Assembly (NCBI GenBank): GCA_000165345.1
Contig: CM000431.1
Span: 704,001-768,000 of the forward strand
Length of the DNA: 64,000 bases
Direction of reading: 5' to 3'
In this document: positions 8,149-20,929 of the stretch, one piece after another
How positions within the stretch are numbered: position 1 is the first letter of the stretch
How the letters are laid out: each line of letters begins with the position of its first letter
The notes under the pieces: generated by a model
What the model saw: the letters and a program-made list of their open reading frames with translations, nothing else
Told to the model about the DNA's origin: nothing
Database searches by the model: none
Position numbers and translations under genes: made by a program

Positions 8149-10218
8149 TTATTTCGGTGTTTGTGTATTAATTCCTTGTGTCGCGGAGCTAGAGATATTT
8201 GAACTAGATATTGAAGATTGTTTGTCCTCAAAACTATCAAAATGTGAATCAAATGAGCTACAGCTGCAGGTTTCGGAATATTCATCGCTTTCATCACTTA
8301 ATATTGGACGGCTCCCGAGCCTGAACCAAGGTAAAATTGCCTTATTAATCATTGTTTGTAAACTTTTTACATTATCAAATTCCCCAGAAACAGATTGATC
8401 CAGTACCACATCTTCACACTTTTCAAAATTGTTAGGTTGATATATCATCAAAATCAACGGAATTATATATTTTCTTATTATGATTTGGAATGCAGAAATA
8501 GGATCATTTCCGCAGGAAGATGCTTCTCCGCAATAAAGCAATATTTCTTTAAATTCCCAATAGTCCAAACCTTTCGGATTAGTAATGACTGCAGAGTAGC
8601 ATCTTTCTAATTGAATTGGAGTAATATATTCCTCAAAATTCCCTCCTAGTAAACCAGAATCATTCATTAAATTGTAAAATTGACGATAAGAAAGTCTGTC
8701 ACTATTGGGCCCAGAGTAATAAACAAAGATCCTATATAATTTCTTATCATCCTCTTGATTAATGCTTGTAAGCGCTACTAAAATTTCTGATTCTGGGTCT
8801 GAAATTTTTTGAATTTTTTTTTTTTGAAGGTTTTTCTTCTCGCTTTTTTTTAAATCTTGTTGATTTAGCTCTTCCAGCTCGGGTTTTACAACAATCTCCT
8901 GAAGTCTTAGCTGATCTTGTATATTATAAACATTTAAATAATCAAATACTTGATTTTGATGTTCTTCATTGGAAGGATCATCTAATTCTCTCTGGATGTT
9001 AGTTAAATTTAACTCTTGTTCTATGTCACAATAGCAACTAGCATCTGCTACAGAAAAAGTTGCATCAACTGCTACACTATTTAAACTTTGTTCTATTTGG
9101 ATAGAGCTATCCCTTAATTCAGCCTTTATCTGTATATCTTTATCTTTTCTTTGCATTGTTGGATCATTTACTTGAATGGATCTTTCAGACCTAATCAACT
9201 TATTCGAAATTATATCAGCATAATCACAACTAAGTAAAAAAGAAACTACTAAATTCAATTTTTCATCTTCAGTTGCCCCGATCGATCTGAATTTAAATTG
9301 AGAAAAGCGATGCAAGAGCTTGAGAAATAAATTATATTCTATTTGTCTCTCCTCACTTGGTAAATTCTCTTGGCTTGAAGGAAACATCCTACCCAAAATA
9401 TCAATAGGCTTGCTTTTATGATAAAGCTTACTTAAATGAAGCATGCTTGCAAATTGCTTACACTTTAGATAGACTGAGTTATTTGAAAAGTAGTAAAATA
9501 AACTCTCTAGATCCATATTTAATTTACATGGAACAGAAATAATAACTTCATTATTATCATCTTTAGATACCTTAATTAAATTCGATCTTAAGTAGATGTC
9601 ATTTTTGACTTCCTTTTCTAAGTTTTGATTTTCAATATTAAATAAATTATTTTTATCTGCATTTTCTTCACTTAATTGTATTTTTTTTTCTCCAAGTACC
9701 TTGAAATCTTCCGAGTCCTTATTTTTTCTAATATTAAAATCTTCACTATCTACCTTATTTTTCGCATTAGAATCAATATTTGATGGAACAATACTTTGGT
9801 CATCTGATCTATCTAATAATGAAAATTTCCCTAATTCACTCGTAGGATTGTTTTTATTCGTTAAACAATTTGAATTATATTTAGTTGTAATATTTGATTT
9901 TGTGGTATTAACAGAATTCGAGTTTAAACATTTTGAATTAACCTTACTAATACTTGATTTTTCGCAACTATTTAAACTAATTTGTTTGTTTATTATTTTA
10001 GATCTCGAATTATTTACCTTAATATCAAGATTTTTTATTTTTAGATTTGGTTTGTTGCTGTCAGGAGTTTCTGAACCAAGTTTAGATGAATGGCCATTGG
10101 ACAAGAATAATGAAGAATAAAGAGAAGACTTCAAATTATTTGCGTTCATTTGAACAATTAATCCATTTGTTTTTTTCTTAAAATAAATTTGCACACAGCT
10201 CAAGGGCACACAATCCAC
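8149..10218 (-). CDS. Hypothetical Ser/Asn/Lys-rich protein (689 aa). The C-terminal ~150 aa is possibly a p25-alpha/TPPP-like fold (very tentative).
   Basis: Long ORF. N-terminal two thirds low-complexity (S/N/K). The C-terminal segment …YYSGPNSDRLSYRQFYNLMNDSGLLGGNFEEYITPIQLERCYSAVITNPKGLDYWEFKEIL… is globular. Confidence 0.5.
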   Translation of the reverse strand: MDCVPLSCVQIYFKKKTNGLIVQMNANNLKSSLYSSLFLSNGHSSKLGSETPDSNKPNLKIKNLDIKVNNSRSKIINKQISLNSCEKSSISKVNSKCLNSNSVNTTKSNITTKYNSNCLTNKNNPTSELGKFSLLDRSDDQSIVPSNIDSNAKNKVDSEDFNIRKNKDSEDFKVLGEKKIQLSEENADKNNLFNIENQNLEKEVKNDIYLRSNLIKVSKDDNNEVIISVPCKLNMDLESLFYYFSNNSVYLKCKQFASMLHLSKLYHKSKPIDILGRMFPSSQENLPSEERQIEYNLFLKLLHRFSQFKFRSIGATEDEKLNLVVSFLLSCDYADIISNKLIRSERSIQVNDPTMQRKDKDIQIKAELRDSSIQIEQSLNSVAVDATFSVADASCYCDIEQELNLTNIQRELDDPSNEEHQNQVFDYLNVYNIQDQLRLQEIVVKPELEELNQQDLKKSEKKNLQKKKIQKISDPESEILVALTSINQEDDKKLYRIFVYYSGPNSDRLSYRQFYNLMNDSGLLGGNFEEYITPIQLERCYSAVITNPKGLDYWEFKEILLYCGEASSCGNDPISAFQIIIRKYIIPLILMIYQPNNFEKCEDVVLDQSVSGEFDNVKSLQTMINKAILPWFRLGSRPILSDESDEYSETCSCSSFDSHFDSFEDKQSSISSSNISSSATQGINTQTPK

Positions 10219-10363
10219 AATTAATGAAAAAACATTTTAAAACAATTTAAAATCTAAAACTTATGTTTACAAAACTTTTGTAAATCAATTTATTGACTTT
10301 TCAATGTTCAACTATTATATTACTTATTAGATTGTGTTTACAGAGAATTTAAGTTAATATTAT

Positions 10364-12697
10364 CTAGAATTCAATTTTTTCTAATAATTTTTCTCTGTCA
10401 ATTGAACCTTTAAATGTTTTTGGTATATTTGTCTCTATAATTTTGTATGGAATATATGATTTTGGTATGTTAGAATAATTAAGCTCATTCCTTATAAAAT
10501 GTTCAAAATTTTCACTATTCTCGAAGGGTTCATAAATGAATATTATTTTATCATCTTCTGAAATTTTATCATCCTTATTACTGATAACAGTAGAAAAAAA
10601 ATTTTTGGGAAATTTTTTTTTGTTTAAATTCCTTAGAGTACTTACAATTCTATCATTAATTTCTTCAGAACTGTATTTTACGCCTCCAATTTTAATAATT
10701 GAAGAAGAGCGAGATAACCAAAATAAAAATATATTATCTACAAAAATATTATCTTTACAGCATGCGCAAGAATTTAGTTTTTCTTCAATAATTATATTTG
10801 GATCTTTATTGATGTGGGCTACCTGCCTTTCTTCACCTAATATGTACACGGTTGATGGCTCTGAATTTGTATTAATTTTCTCAGCAGTCCAGTAACCTTG
10901 ATCTCCTAATCCAAGATACCAAGGATGATTGTCGCAAATAAATAACATCTTACGACATTTTTGCGTGCTAAAGCCAATTTTATTAATTCTATTTACTATT
11001 TCTCTTGTAATTAATACATTCTCGTGATTAATGTAACCACTCATTATAGTTTTCCCACGGCAAATAATGTGACCAACTTCAAATTCGTTCGTTGGAATAA
11101 GAAAGTTATCTGCATTAATGTCTATTGACTTTACAACAAAAACTTCTGCGAATGGTTGTATAGATCTGCCAATAAAGTACCCATTTTTCTTTTTTGTTTT
11201 AGAATTAATTTCATTGATATTACTTGTGATTTTTAAAGCTGCGTTTAGCAGAGAATGATCCATTAATAAATCAGTTCCGCACAACTGTAAACATGTTTCC
11301 GTTGATCCAAATCTAATTCTTGGAATTTTTCCATTAAATAATTTTTTAAATTCATTTATTAAATCATTTGATACAGCCGATGAGCCAAAAAAAAAACTAA
11401 CTGATGGATGAGATAAATTAGTCAATATTTCATTTCTATCTTCAAAGTAATTATTTTCAATCATTGACGAGAAATATTCGAAGTGTTTTGGAACTAATGG
11501 GACAATCATATTGAAGTTATTACCGTAGCTATTTATTGAGATTTTGATTGTTTCGTTCAATATTTGCCAGTAAACTTTAGAATATTTATGAATTAATATC
11601 AACTTTGATGAGCTCCTAATGCAGTATTCAGTAAAACAAGTACTGTTTACATGATGTAATGGGTTTGTAATAACAAATATAGACTTTATGTTATTGTTAT
11701 TATTACATAAAACACTTAAAGTACTAATCATTCCCGAATAATTACCAAAAGTTAGCTTTGCCCCTTTAGGTCTTCCCGTTGATCCAGACGTAAATACAAT
11801 ATTTCTAACCTTTGAATAAATTTCTGGCCCTGATATGCCCATCTTTTTTCCCACATTAGTTATATTATTCGTTTCATTTCCTGAATAGACGCCCTCAATG
11901 TTACCTAGAGACTGATTAATTTTAGAATTTTGGACTTTTTTTGATGTATTCGTATACTCATTAGCCTTATCAATTTTGACTTGATTTGTTTCAAAAAAGT
12001 TTTCTAAATAATTTTCAGAATAAGAATAAATTTTCTGAGAATCATTAGTCAATTCATTGTTTGGAAAATTATTCAAATATAAGTTTTGATTTGTTAAATT
12101 CGAAAATAAAACCTGATCTGAAGGTAGAAGAAAGATCTTTTTGTCATATTTGGTTGAAAAATTGCTCGATACTTCATCAATAAATGATTTAGGAATATCA
12201 ACATCAAATAGTAGAATTTGGCAATCAGCAACAGATAATTTATATGAGATAATTTCTGGATTATCAACTGCGTAATTTAAAAAAACAGGTATGAAGGTGT
12301 TATTATTATAGCATACTTCTCTAAATATTAAGTCTTCTATTTTATTTCCATCCCATAAGGTACCCACTTTAATTGTATTTATGCTACAACTATCATTTTC
12401 TTTAATTTGGTTCAAATCTACAAATTGATTGAGCTTAATGGTCATAAAATATTGAAAATATTCAAACGAATCTTTTAAAATAGAAATTTTCTCAGGTCTT
12501 TCACCGTTTTTCCTCCAATATTCAATACTGAACTCCTCTTTTGTTTGGTCACATATGTTCTTTTCTGAGTTATAAAATATTGAGCTGTACTCAAAACTTA
12601 CATATTTTTTTTTGGTTTCTGTCGTATTTAGAACCTTCATTTTCATTTTAATAAAATTTATGTTTAAATTGACGGTGAACAACAAAAATACGCACAT
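10364..12697 (-). CDS. AMP-binding (adenylate-forming) enzyme, acyl-CoA synthetase / acyl-AMP ligase superfamily.
   Basis: Core A3 motif VFTSGSTGRPKGAKL (nt ~11761-11810). Downstream A5-like RFGSTETC, A7-like LGLGDQGYW and A8-like IKIGGVKYSSEEIN. 777 aa with an N-terminal extension. Confidence 0.65.
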   Translation of the reverse strand: MCVFLLFTVNLNINFIKMKMKVLNTTETKKKYVSFEYSSIFYNSEKNICDQTKEEFSIEYWRKNGERPEKISILKDSFEYFQYFMTIKLNQFVDLNQIKENDSCSINTIKVGTLWDGNKIEDLIFREVCYNNNTFIPVFLNYAVDNPEIISYKLSVADCQILLFDVDIPKSFIDEVSSNFSTKYDKKIFLLPSDQVLFSNLTNQNLYLNNFPNNELTNDSQKIYSYSENYLENFFETNQVKIDKANEYTNTSKKVQNSKINQSLGNIEGVYSGNETNNITNVGKKMGISGPEIYSKVRNIVFTSGSTGRPKGAKLTFGNYSGMISTLSVLCNNNNNIKSIFVITNPLHHVNSTCFTEYCIRSSSKLILIHKYSKVYWQILNETIKISINSYGNNFNMIVPLVPKHFEYFSSMIENNYFEDRNEILTNLSHPSVSFFFGSSAVSNDLINEFKKLFNGKIPRIRFGSTETCLQLCGTDLLMDHSLLNAALKITSNINEINSKTKKKNGYFIGRSIQPFAEVFVVKSIDINADNFLIPTNEFEVGHIICRGKTIMSGYINHENVLITREIVNRINKIGFSTQKCRKMLFICDNHPWYLGLGDQGYWTAEKINTNSEPSTVYILGEERQVAHINKDPNIIIEEKLNSCACCKDNIFVDNIFLFWLSRSSSIIKIGGVKYSSEEINDRIVSTLRNLNKKKFPKNFFSTVISNKDDKISEDDKIIFIYEPFENSENFEHFIRNELNYSNIPKSYIPYKIIETNIPKTFKGSIDREKLLEKIEF

Positions 12698-12758
12698 GGA
12701 AAAAATAATAAAGTAAATTTTATAAAATCGGAAACGAATAAGTAATAAATATTAGGTT

Positions 12759-13517
12759 TTATTCATTGATGTAATTGTCAACGATTTCTTGTGCTTCTGG
12801 TGTGATTTCGCTTTTCATAAGCGAATCTTCAAGAACTCTTAATTGTTTAATGTCATTACATAGAGAAATTGCTATTTTTATATTGTTCAATTGAGTATGA
12901 TTCGGCTTATTAATTGGCAAATTTATTATAGTATTTATTTTTGAGGTTGAAACATTATTCATAATTTTTATGGAGTTATCTTCGAAATTTTTGAAAGAGT
13001 ATTGAACTAATAAGTCCTTACCGATACTATTAGTTTCGAAAAATAACTCAGATGCGTTCCTATCTACTTTATTGATCTTTTGGAAATCCAGATAAATTAA
13101 ATTAGGAAGCATCCCTATTAAAATTGTTTTGTAATTAGGAATTTTTGTAATTGGATTATTAACCAACGATAATCTTTTCAAATTCCTAAGAAAGAATATT
13201 GCTGATATTGACTCGATATTTTTAATTTGATTATTTGTTAATACCAAACTCTCGAGATTTGGTAAACTCTTAGTGAATCCAGACTCTATATATTCTATTT
13301 CATTATTGCACGCAATAAAAGTCGACAGTCTATTTAAATTCGAAATATAGCTAAGAGATGAAATTGAGTTATCGCTTAAGTCAATGCATTCAAATTGATC
13401 TTTTAGTATTCCAGTATTATCAAATGCCTTGATTTTTGAGTTTCTAATATTAAATGAATACGATTCGTTTATCTTATTTAGAAAAATAGTTGACAGTTGA
13501 GTCAACAAGGTATCCAT
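12759..13517 (-). CDS. SNRPA1: U2 snRNP protein A' (leucine-rich repeat, SNRPA1/Lea1 family).
   Basis: LRR block ILKDQFECIDLSDNSISSLSYISNLNRLSTFIACNNEIEYIESGFTKSLPNLESLVLTNNQIKNIESISAIFFLRNLKRLSLVNNPITKIPNYKTILIGMLPNLIYLDFQKINKVDRN follows the U2A' pattern (…DLSDNEI…LxxLKTLLxNNNRI…LPxLxxLxLTNN…LxxLSxLxNPV…YRxYVIxxxPxLxxLDFxKV). Confidence 0.7.
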   Translation of the reverse strand: MDTLLTQLSTIFLNKINESYSFNIRNSKIKAFDNTGILKDQFECIDLSDNSISSLSYISNLNRLSTFIACNNEIEYIESGFTKSLPNLESLVLTNNQIKNIESISAIFFLRNLKRLSLVNNPITKIPNYKTILIGMLPNLIYLDFQKINKVDRNASELFFETNSIGKDLLVQYSFKNFEDNSIKIMNNVSTSKINTIINLPINKPNHTQLNNIKIAISLCNDIKQLRVLEDSLMKSEITPEAQEIVDNYINE

Positions 13518-13589
13518 TATTAATAAATATGTTTAAAATGCTGGGATCTTATTTGAAGAAATTGTATATGAACCATTTTTTGTTATAAA

Positions 13590-13598
13590 TTTTCGCGC
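13590..13598. promoter_or_regulatory. E2F-like site TTTTCGCGC in the 255-bp divergent promoter shared by the U2A' (-) and PRP8 (+) genes.
   Basis: Exact TTTSGCGC-type sequence seen at 13590-13598. It is the only GC-rich element in an otherwise >75% AT spacer. Confidence 0.4.
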
Positions 13599-13772
13599 TT
13601 CAAGTCATTAGCTGGGTCTAAAGTTAAATTCCAAAAAAACTAACTTTCAAAGCCAAGTATTGTGTACTCTAAAATTAAAAGGGTATTTTTAATTGTTTAC
13701 ATTATTTTGTATTTTATGTAACTAATCAGCTTATAAGATAAATGTTTCTAACTTATTTAGACGACCCAAAGT

Positions 13773-16700
13773 ATGGATTTCAATAACGCCCTTCAAAATG
13801 AACAAGCAAGCCAGATAAATTTGGGAATAAAGCACTTAAATTGGTCGAAGCTAAATGAAGCCCGATATTGCAGACGCTCAAAAGTTAATGGAAATCAGAT
13901 TGTGAGAAAATCTAAATTACCACCTGAACATTTAAGGAAACTAATTAATATTCATGGCGATATGTCATCGAGAAAGTTTCAGAATGAGAAGAGAGTCTAT
14001 TTAGGTGCGCTAAAATATATCCCTCATTCAATTTTTAAGTTGTTAGAAAACATACCAATGCCTTGGGAAAGAGTAAAGTATGTAGATTGTTTGTATCATA
14101 CTACAGGCGCAATAACTTTTGTAAATGAAATACCATGGGTTATTGAACCTATCTATATTGCTCAGTGGTCTACAATGTGGACGATGATGAGAAGGGAAAA
14201 GCGTGATAGGAAACATTTTAAAAGGATTCGTTTTCCACCCTTCGATGATGAAGAGCCCCCGATAGATTATTGCGAAAATATCTTAGGTGTTGAACCACTT
14301 GATTCTATACAGATAGTTTTGGATGGTGAAGAAGATATTTCTGTTTATGATTGGTTTTATTTAGATTCAAAACAACAATTTAAGTATTTTCATAAAAAGG
14401 GGAATTATAAAAAACATCAGTGGCATTTAACATTTGAACAACTTGGGACTCTTTATAGATTATCCATGCAAATATTGCCAATCTTATTAGAAAATAACTC
14501 TTATTATTTATTTAATAAAGATGCATTTTTTACTGCGAAAGCACTAAACATTGCAATTCCAGGAGGGCCTAAATTTGAGCCACTAAATAGTACTTCATTT
14601 GATGAGGATGAAGATTGGAATGAATTTAACGATCTTAACCGAGTAATTTTCAGGTCGATTACAAGATCTGAATATAAAATAGCCTTTCCGCATTTTTATA
14701 ACTCATTACCTAAATTTGTTTCTACATCAGTCTATCATTACATAGTTAATATATTTACAAAGCCGGAAAACCCGAATTCTCCAATATTCGAGTTCAATGA
14801 ATATTACCATCCAATTTCTCCAAATAACTCCTTGTTGGAAAATATTTACCAAATCGTTGACGAGGAAATACATAATATTAAAATTCACTTTAGCCCTTTT
14901 TTCCACGAATATAGCCTTGAGACAAGTTCCACAACAAATGGAATTTTATTATTTTGGTCTCCATTTCCATTTAATGTTAGATCAAACCCAAGAAGAAGAA
15001 GTTATGACATTTCTTTATTAAAAGAATGGTATAAGTATAACAATATTTCTTCTGAGCAGCCAGTTAAGATCCGTATTTCACAACAAAAATTATTAAAAAA
15101 CTGGATATTAAACTCTTTGCATAATAAGGTTGCAAAGAACTGTAAAAGACGTAATTTTTTAAAAATATTACAAAATACAAAATTCTTTCAATCTACTGAA
15201 ATGGACTGGGTTGAGGTCGGGCTTCAGGTATGCAAACAAGGATATAATATGCTAAATTTACTAATTCATAGAAAGAACCTAACGTATTTGCATTTAGACT
15301 ACAATTTTAATCTAAAACCAATTAAAACATTAACTACTAAAGAAAGGAAAAAAAGTAGGTTTGGAAATGCTTTTCATCTTTGTAGAGAGGTATTAAGGTT
15401 AACAAAGTTAGTTGTTGATTGCCACGTACAGTATAGACTAGGGAATATTGATGCGTTCCAACTTGCAGATGGGCTACAATATATTTTTAATCATGTTGGA
15501 CAACTTACTGGGATATATCGATATAAATATCGAATTATGAGACAAGTTAGAATGTGCAAAGATATAAAACATATTGTCTATTATAGATTTAATACTGGTT
15601 CGGTGGGCAAAGGTCCCGGAGTTGGATTCTGGGAACCAAGTTGGAGAATTTGGATATTTTTTCTTCGTGGAATAATACCAATTCTTGAACGTTGGATTGG
15701 TAATTTATTATCTAGGCAATTTACAGGACGTCAGAATTCCAATCCATATAGATCTATTAGCAAGCAAAGAGTTGAAAGTCACTTTGATCTTGAGTTGAGA
15801 GCTTCCGTAATGCATGATATACTTGATATGATGCCTGAGCAACTTCGATCTAGTAAAGCACGCCCAATATTGCAACATTTGAGTGAATCATGGCGATGCT
15901 GGAAGGCAAATCTTCCTTGGAAAGTACATGGAATGCCACCCGCAGTAGAAAATATTATTTTGAGATATGTAAAATTAAAAGCAGATTGGTGGACAAATTC
16001 AGCTTATTTTAATAGAGAAAGGATTCGAAGAGGGGCAACTGTTGATAAAACTGTTGTAAAAAAAAATTTAGGTAGATTAACAAGATTATACATTAAGGCA
16101 GAACAAGAAAGACAAATAAGCTATCTAAAGGATGGTCCTTATATATCTAGCGAAGAAGCTGTTGCAATTTATACTACTGCAGTTCATTGGCTGGAGAGTC
16201 GTAGATTTATTCATATTCCATTTCCTCCATTAAATTATAAACATGACACGAAACTACTTATTTTAGCATTAGAACGCCTAAAAGAAGTATATAGCGTAAA
16301 ATCAAGGCTTAATCGTTCACAACGTGAAGAGTTGACATTAATTGAAAATGCTTATGATAATCCACACGAAACTCTAGCCAGAATAAAAAGACATTTATTA
16401 ACTCAAAGAACATTTAAAGAAACAAATATTGAGTTTATGGACTTATATTCTCATTTAATACCTGTTTATGAAATCGATCCATTGGAAAAAATTACTGACA
16501 CATATTTAGACCAGTATTTATGGTATGAATCTGACAACAGAAAACTGTTTCCGAATTGGGTAAAGCCATCGGATAATGAACCGCCTCCACTGCTTGTATA
16601 TAAACTATGTAATGGAATAAATAATCTTGACGGATTTTGGAAGTTTGATGATGATTCAGTTGGTCTTTTGGTTGAGACTCAATTTGAACAAATCATGGAA

Positions 16701-19700
16701 AAAATTGACTTAACTTTGCTAAATAGACTTTTAAGATTAATTACCGATCACAATATTGCTGACTATATCACAAGCAAAAATAATATTAATGTAACATATA
16801 AAGATATGAATTATTTGAACTCTTATGGAATTATTCGTGGTTTACAATTCTCTTCATTTGTTTGCCAGTATTATCTCTTGATTGTTGATTTGCTATTACT
16901 TGGATTGACTCGAGCAAATCAAATTGCAGGCTCGCCAAGTCATCCTAATGAGTTTTTAAAGTATTCAGATAAAAAGATAGAGCTATCTCATCCAATTAGA
17001 TTGTATTGCAGATTTGTTGATAAGTTATACATAATTATTAAACTTAGTAAACAAGAAATAAAAGAAATAGTTCAACGATACTTATCTGAAAACCCAGATT
17101 TTAGCAATAATCAAAATTTAATAGGATATAATAACAAGAAATGTTGGCCAAGAGAATGCCGCATGAGACTAGTTAAAAATGACGTAATTATAGGCAAAAG
17201 TGTCTATTGGGAGCTATCTAATCGACTTCCAAAGAGTATAACTACATTAGAATGGGAAAGATCATTTGTTTCAGTATATTCGAAAAGTAACCCAAATCTA
17301 TTATTTTCATTGGCTGGATTTTCAGTGAGAATACTTCCCACTTGCAGGATAGGAAAAAGAACTTTTGAAGCAAGCAATACATCTTTTATTGGTAATGAAG
17401 ATTCCCAATATTATACAAGAGAAAGTACATGGCAATTGAGTAATAATTTGACAAAGGAAATTACATCTTATGTCTTTTTAATGGTAGACGAGTCAGAAAT
17501 TAGAAATTTTGAAAATAGAGTTAGGCAGATTCTAATTACTTCAGGATCTGCAACATTTACTAAAATTGCGAACAAGTGGAATACGTGCTTGATTGGTCTA
17601 ATGACATATTTTAGAGAGGCAGTTATTTATACTGAAAAATTATTGGACTTACTTGTAAGGTGCGAAAACAAAATCCAAACTAGAATAAAAATAGGTCTTA
17701 ATTCAAAAATGCCAACAAGATTTCCGCCTGTAGTTTTCTATACACCTAAAGAACTTGGAGGACTTGGTATGCTATCAATGGGGCATATATTAATTCCACA
17801 AAGTGATTTACGCTTTACTAGACAAACTGATTTAGGAACAATTTCACATTTCAGAGCTGGAATGACTCATGACCAAGATGAGCATATACCAAATTTGTAT
17901 CGCTATATTCAAACATGGGAAAGCGAATTTATAGAATCTCAACGTGTCTGGCTAGAATATTCACTTAAAAGGCAGCAAGCTCAGTTGCAAAATAAGAGGC
18001 TCACACTAGAAGATATAGAAGATAGTTGGGATAAAGGAATTCCAAGGATAAATACTTTATTTCAAAAAGATAGGCATACTCTTGCTTATGATAAAGGTTG
18101 GAGAATTAGACAGATTTTTAGGCAGTTCCAGATATTAAGAAATAATCCTTTCTGGTGGACTCACCAGAAACATGACGGTAAGTTATGGAACTTAAGTAAC
18201 TATAGAACCGATATGATACAGGCATTGGGAGGGGTTGAAAGCATTTTAGAACATACATTATTTAAAGGCACATACTTTTCAACCTGGGAAGGACTTTTCT
18301 GGGAAAAATCATCGGGCTTTGAAGAGAGCATGAAATATAAAAAACTTACAAATGCACAAAGAAGTGGATTAAATCAAATTCCAAACCGTAGATTTACTTT
18401 GTGGTGGAGTCCTACAATTAATCGCGCAAACGTCTATATTGGTTTCCAAGTACAACTGGATTTAACCGGCATTTTTATGCATGGAAAACTTCCAACATTG
18501 AAGATTTCATTGATCCAGATTTTTAGGGCCCATTTATGGCAAAAAATACACGAGTCAATCGTGATGGATATTTGCCAGGTTTTAGATAATGAAGTTGATG
18601 CACTAGGGATTGAAATGGTACAAAAAGAAGCCATTCATCCTAGAAAAAGTTATAAAATGAATTCTTCTTGTGCGGATATTTTGTTATTATCATCTTATAA
18701 ATGGGTAGCAACGAATCCATCTCTTTTACTGGACAAAAAAGATGACATTTCTTCTAATTCATTAATTAACACTAATAAATTTTGGATCGATATTCAGTTG
18801 AGATGGGGGGATTATGATTCACATGATATTGAAAGGTATTGCCGTGCAAAGTTTCTCGATTATACTAGCGATGCAATGTCAATTTACCCTTCTCCTACAG
18901 GAGTATTGATTGCAGTTGACCTAGCTTATAACCTTTATTCTGCATATGGAAATTGGATTCCAGGTCTTAAGGAATTAATTCAGAAAGCTATGGCAAAAAT
19001 TATGAAATCAAATCCTGCATTGTATGTTTTAAGGGAAAGAATAAGGAAAGGACTTCAGCTATATTGCTCTGAGCCTACTGAACCATATTTAAATAGCCAA
19101 AATTATAATGAACTGTTTAGCAACCAGACTACTTGGTTTGTAGATGATACAAATGTATATAGAGTTTCAATACATAAAACATTTGAAGGGAACCTAACTA
19201 CAAAACCAGTAAATGGCTGTATATTGATACTTAACCCATGCAATGGAAAGCTATTTATGAAAGTAATACACACCTCTGTTTGGGCTGGCCAAAAAAGACT
19301 TTCACAATTAGCCAAATGGAAGACGGCAGAAGAAGTTGTTGCGCTTATCCGCTCTTTACCTATTGAGGAACAACCAAAACAGGTAATAGTTACAAGAAAG
19401 GGTATGCTAGATCCTCTAGAAGTTCACTTACTTGATTTTCCCAATATTGTCATTAAAGGTTCAGATCTAAGCCTTCCGTTTCAGGCACTCCTCAAGATAG
19501 AAAAATTTGGAGATTTAGTACTTAAGTCAACACAACCATCAATGGTACTATTTTCCCTATATGATGATTGGCTTAAAACAATTTCTCCATTTACAGCATT
19601 TAGCAGATTAGTATTAATTTTAAGGTCAATGCATATTAACCCCGAAAGAACAAAGGTGATTCTTAAACCAAATAAAAATATTATTACAATGCATAATCAT

Positions 19701-20912
19701 ATTTGGCCATCATTAACAGATGAAGAATGGGCTAATGTCGAAGTTGCAATGAAAGACATAATATTGGATGATTACTCCAAAAAGAACAATGTACATATAT
19801 CTGCACTGACACAGAGCGAAATACGAGATATTATATTAGGAATGGAAATAACTCCTCCTTCAATTCAAAGACAACAAATTGCAGAAATCGAGAGACAAGT
19901 TAAGGATCTTGCGAACAAAACGACTGAATGTTCGGATATTACTAGTTTAACTACTAAAACGGTCAACGTTCATGGGCAGGAAATTGTAGTCACGACTCAA
20001 ACACAATATGAACAGAAGACTTTCTCTTCGAAAACCGACTGGAGAGCAAGAGCTTTAGCTTCAACGACTTTAAGCTTAAGAAGCGATAATATTTATATTT
20101 TATCTGATGATTCAATTCTTAACATTTCAAATAACTCGATTATCCCATATATTATCCCAAAAAATTTATTGAAAACATTTATTGAAATTTCAGATTTAAG
20201 GACGCAGATTGGAGCATTTATGTATGGTAAAAAAATCGTTGAATCGATCGGGAAAGGAAAATGCTATTCCGAAAATAGTTGTGAAATGGAAACTGTTATT
20301 GAGATAAGATGTTTAGTATTAGCTCCTCAACATGGCAATCAAAACTCTATTAATATGACTGACATTCTGCCCAAAAACCCGGAAATTTCAGACTTAGAAT
20401 TTATTGGATTAATAAAAACCAAAGTCCAAGAAGAGTTTTCTATAGCTATATCTGATATTGATTACTTATGGAGGATTTCTCAAAATAATTTGGATGTTCA
20501 AGTAGACAATATCGCGATGGTTAGCTGCAGCTTTACCCCAGGATCCACTACCCTTTCTGCAATTAAATTAGATCATGACTGTATTGATTGGTATAAAAAT
20601 AACATTGAAAATAAGGACTTGAACTATGAAACTTTTAAAACTTGTTCATCAGATTATACAGAAAAAATCAAGCTGATACTTTCGGAAACTTATAATGGAT
20701 TCTTTCTAATTCCGGAAGATGGCGTATGGAGCTACAATTCCATGGTGGTTAAGTACAATTATTCCTCTAAATGTTCATATATAGTGGACAAGCCTAATGC
20801 ATTTTATGATGAGGTTCATAGACCACAACATTTTTTGCAATTTGCATATTTAGAAAACATAGATGATTTTGATGAATGCGGACTATTGGAAATAGATGAA
20901 ATTTTTGAATAA
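13773..20912 (+). CDS. PRP8: Pre-mRNA-processing-splicing factor 8 (PRP8), full length 2,379 aa, no intein.
   Basis: Collinear with Prp8 throughout: N-terminal PRO8NT, an RT-like region (…[37 protein letters not shown]…), the U5/U6-binding block [39 protein letters not shown], an RNaseH-like domain and a C-terminal MPN/JAB domain (…[27 protein letters not shown]…). Length matches yeast/human Prp8. Confidence 0.95.
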   Translation: MDFNNALQNEQASQINLGIKHLNWSKLNEARYCRRSKVNGNQIVRKSKLPPEHLRKLINIHGDMSSRKFQNEKRVYLGALKYIPHSIFKLLENIPMPWERVKYVDCLYHTTGAITFVNEIPWVIEPIYIAQWSTMWTMMRREKRDRKHFKRIRFPPFDDEEPPIDYCENILGVEPLDSIQIVLDGEEDISVYDWFYLDSKQQFKYFHKKGNYKKHQWHLTFEQLGTLYRLSMQILPILLENNSYYLFNKDAFFTAKALNIAIPGGPKFEPLNSTSFDEDEDWNEFNDLNRVIFRSITRSEYKIAFPHFYNSLPKFVSTSVYHYIVNIFTKPENPNSPIFEFNEYYHPISPNNSLLENIYQIVDEEIHNIKIHFSPFFHEYSLETSSTTNGILLFWSPFPFNVRSNPRRRSYDISLLKEWYKYNNISSEQPVKIRISQQKLLKNWILNSLHNKVAKNCKRRNFLKILQNTKFFQSTEMDWVEVGLQVCKQGYNMLNLLIHRKNLTYLHLDYNFNLKPIKTLTTKERKKSRFGNAFHLCREVLRLTKLVVDCHVQYRLGNIDAFQLADGLQYIFNHVGQLTGIYRYKYRIMRQVRMCKDIKHIVYYRFNTGSVGKGPGVGFWEPSWRIWIFFLRGIIPILERWIGNLLSRQFTGRQNSNPYRSISKQRVESHFDLELRASVMHDILDMMPEQLRSSKARPILQHLSESWRCWKANLPWKVHGMPPAVENIILRYVKLKADWWTNSAYFNRERIRRGATVDKTVVKKNLGRLTRLYIKAEQERQISYLKDGPYISSEEAVAIYTTAVHWLESRRFIHIPFPPLNYKHDTKLLILALERLKEVYSVKSRLNRSQREELTLIENAYDNPHETLARIKRHLLTQRTFKETNIEFMDLYSHLIPVYEIDPLEKITDTYLDQYLWYESDNRKLFPNWVKPSDNEPPPLLVYKLCNGINNLDGFWKFDDDSVGLLVETQFEQIMEKIDLTLLNRLLRLITDHNIADYITSKNNINVTYKDMNYLNSYGIIRGLQFSSFVCQYYLLIVDLLLLGLTRANQIAGSPSHPNEFLKYSDKKIELSHPIRLYCRFVDKLYIIIKLSKQEIKEIVQRYLSENPDFSNNQNLIGYNNKKCWPRECRMRLVKNDVIIGKSVYWELSNRLPKSITTLEWERSFVSVYSKSNPNLLFSLAGFSVRILPTCRIGKRTFEASNTSFIGNEDSQYYTRESTWQLSNNLTKEITSYVFLMVDESEIRNFENRVRQILITSGSATFTKIANKWNTCLIGLMTYFREAVIYTEKLLDLLVRCENKIQTRIKIGLNSKMPTRFPPVVFYTPKELGGLGMLSMGHILIPQSDLRFTRQTDLGTISHFRAGMTHDQDEHIPNLYRYIQTWESEFIESQRVWLEYSLKRQQAQLQNKRLTLEDIEDSWDKGIPRINTLFQKDRHTLAYDKGWRIRQIFRQFQILRNNPFWWTHQKHDGKLWNLSNYRTDMIQALGGVESILEHTLFKGTYFSTWEGLFWEKSSGFEESMKYKKLTNAQRSGLNQIPNRRFTLWWSPTINRANVYIGFQVQLDLTGIFMHGKLPTLKISLIQIFRAHLWQKIHESIVMDICQVLDNEVDALGIEMVQKEAIHPRKSYKMNSSCADILLLSSYKWVATNPSLLLDKKDDISSNSLINTNKFWIDIQLRWGDYDSHDIERYCRAKFLDYTSDAMSIYPSPTGVLIAVDLAYNLYSAYGNWIPGLKELIQKAMAKIMKSNPALYVLRERIRKGLQLYCSEPTEPYLNSQNYNELFSNQTTWFVDDTNVYRVSIHKTFEGNLTTKPVNGCILILNPCNGKLFMKVIHTSVWAGQKRLSQLAKWKTAEEVVALIRSLPIEEQPKQVIVTRKGMLDPLEVHLLDFPNIVIKGSDLSLPFQALLKIEKFGDLVLKSTQPSMVLFSLYDDWLKTISPFTAFSRLVLILRSMHINPERTKVILKPNKNIITMHNHIWPSLTDEEWANVEVAMKDIILDDYSKKNNVHISALTQSEIRDIILGMEITPPSIQRQQIAEIERQVKDLANKTTECSDITSLTTKTVNVHGQEIVVTTQTQYEQKTFSSKTDWRARALASTTLSLRSDNIYILSDDSILNISNNSIIPYIIPKNLLKTFIEISDLRTQIGAFMYGKKIVESIGKGKCYSENSCEMETVIEIRCLVLAPQHGNQNSINMTDILPKNPEISDLEFIGLIKTKVQEEFSIAISDIDYLWRISQNNLDVQVDNIAMVSCSFTPGSTTLSAIKLDHDCIDWYKNNIENKDLNYETFKTCSSDYTEKIKLILSETYNGFFLIPEDGVWSYNSMVVKYNYSSKCSYIVDKPNAFYDEVHRPQHFLQFAYLENIDDFDECGLLEIDEIFE

Positions 20913-20929
20913 TTTTTTAATTATTATAA

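Noticed and set aside
8149-10218. Calling the Ser/Asn-rich 689-aa protein a p25-alpha/TPPP family member outright.
   Set aside because: Resemblance is limited to a loosely matching ~60-aa stretch recalled from memory. Kept only as a tentative note in the feature evidence.
13773-20912. Possible intein in PRP8, as seen in some fungal Prp8 genes.
   Set aside because: The ORF is 2,379 aa, the normal intein-free length (yeast ~2,413, human ~2,335). The RT-like to U5/U6-binding regions read contiguously, with no Hint/endonuclease block.
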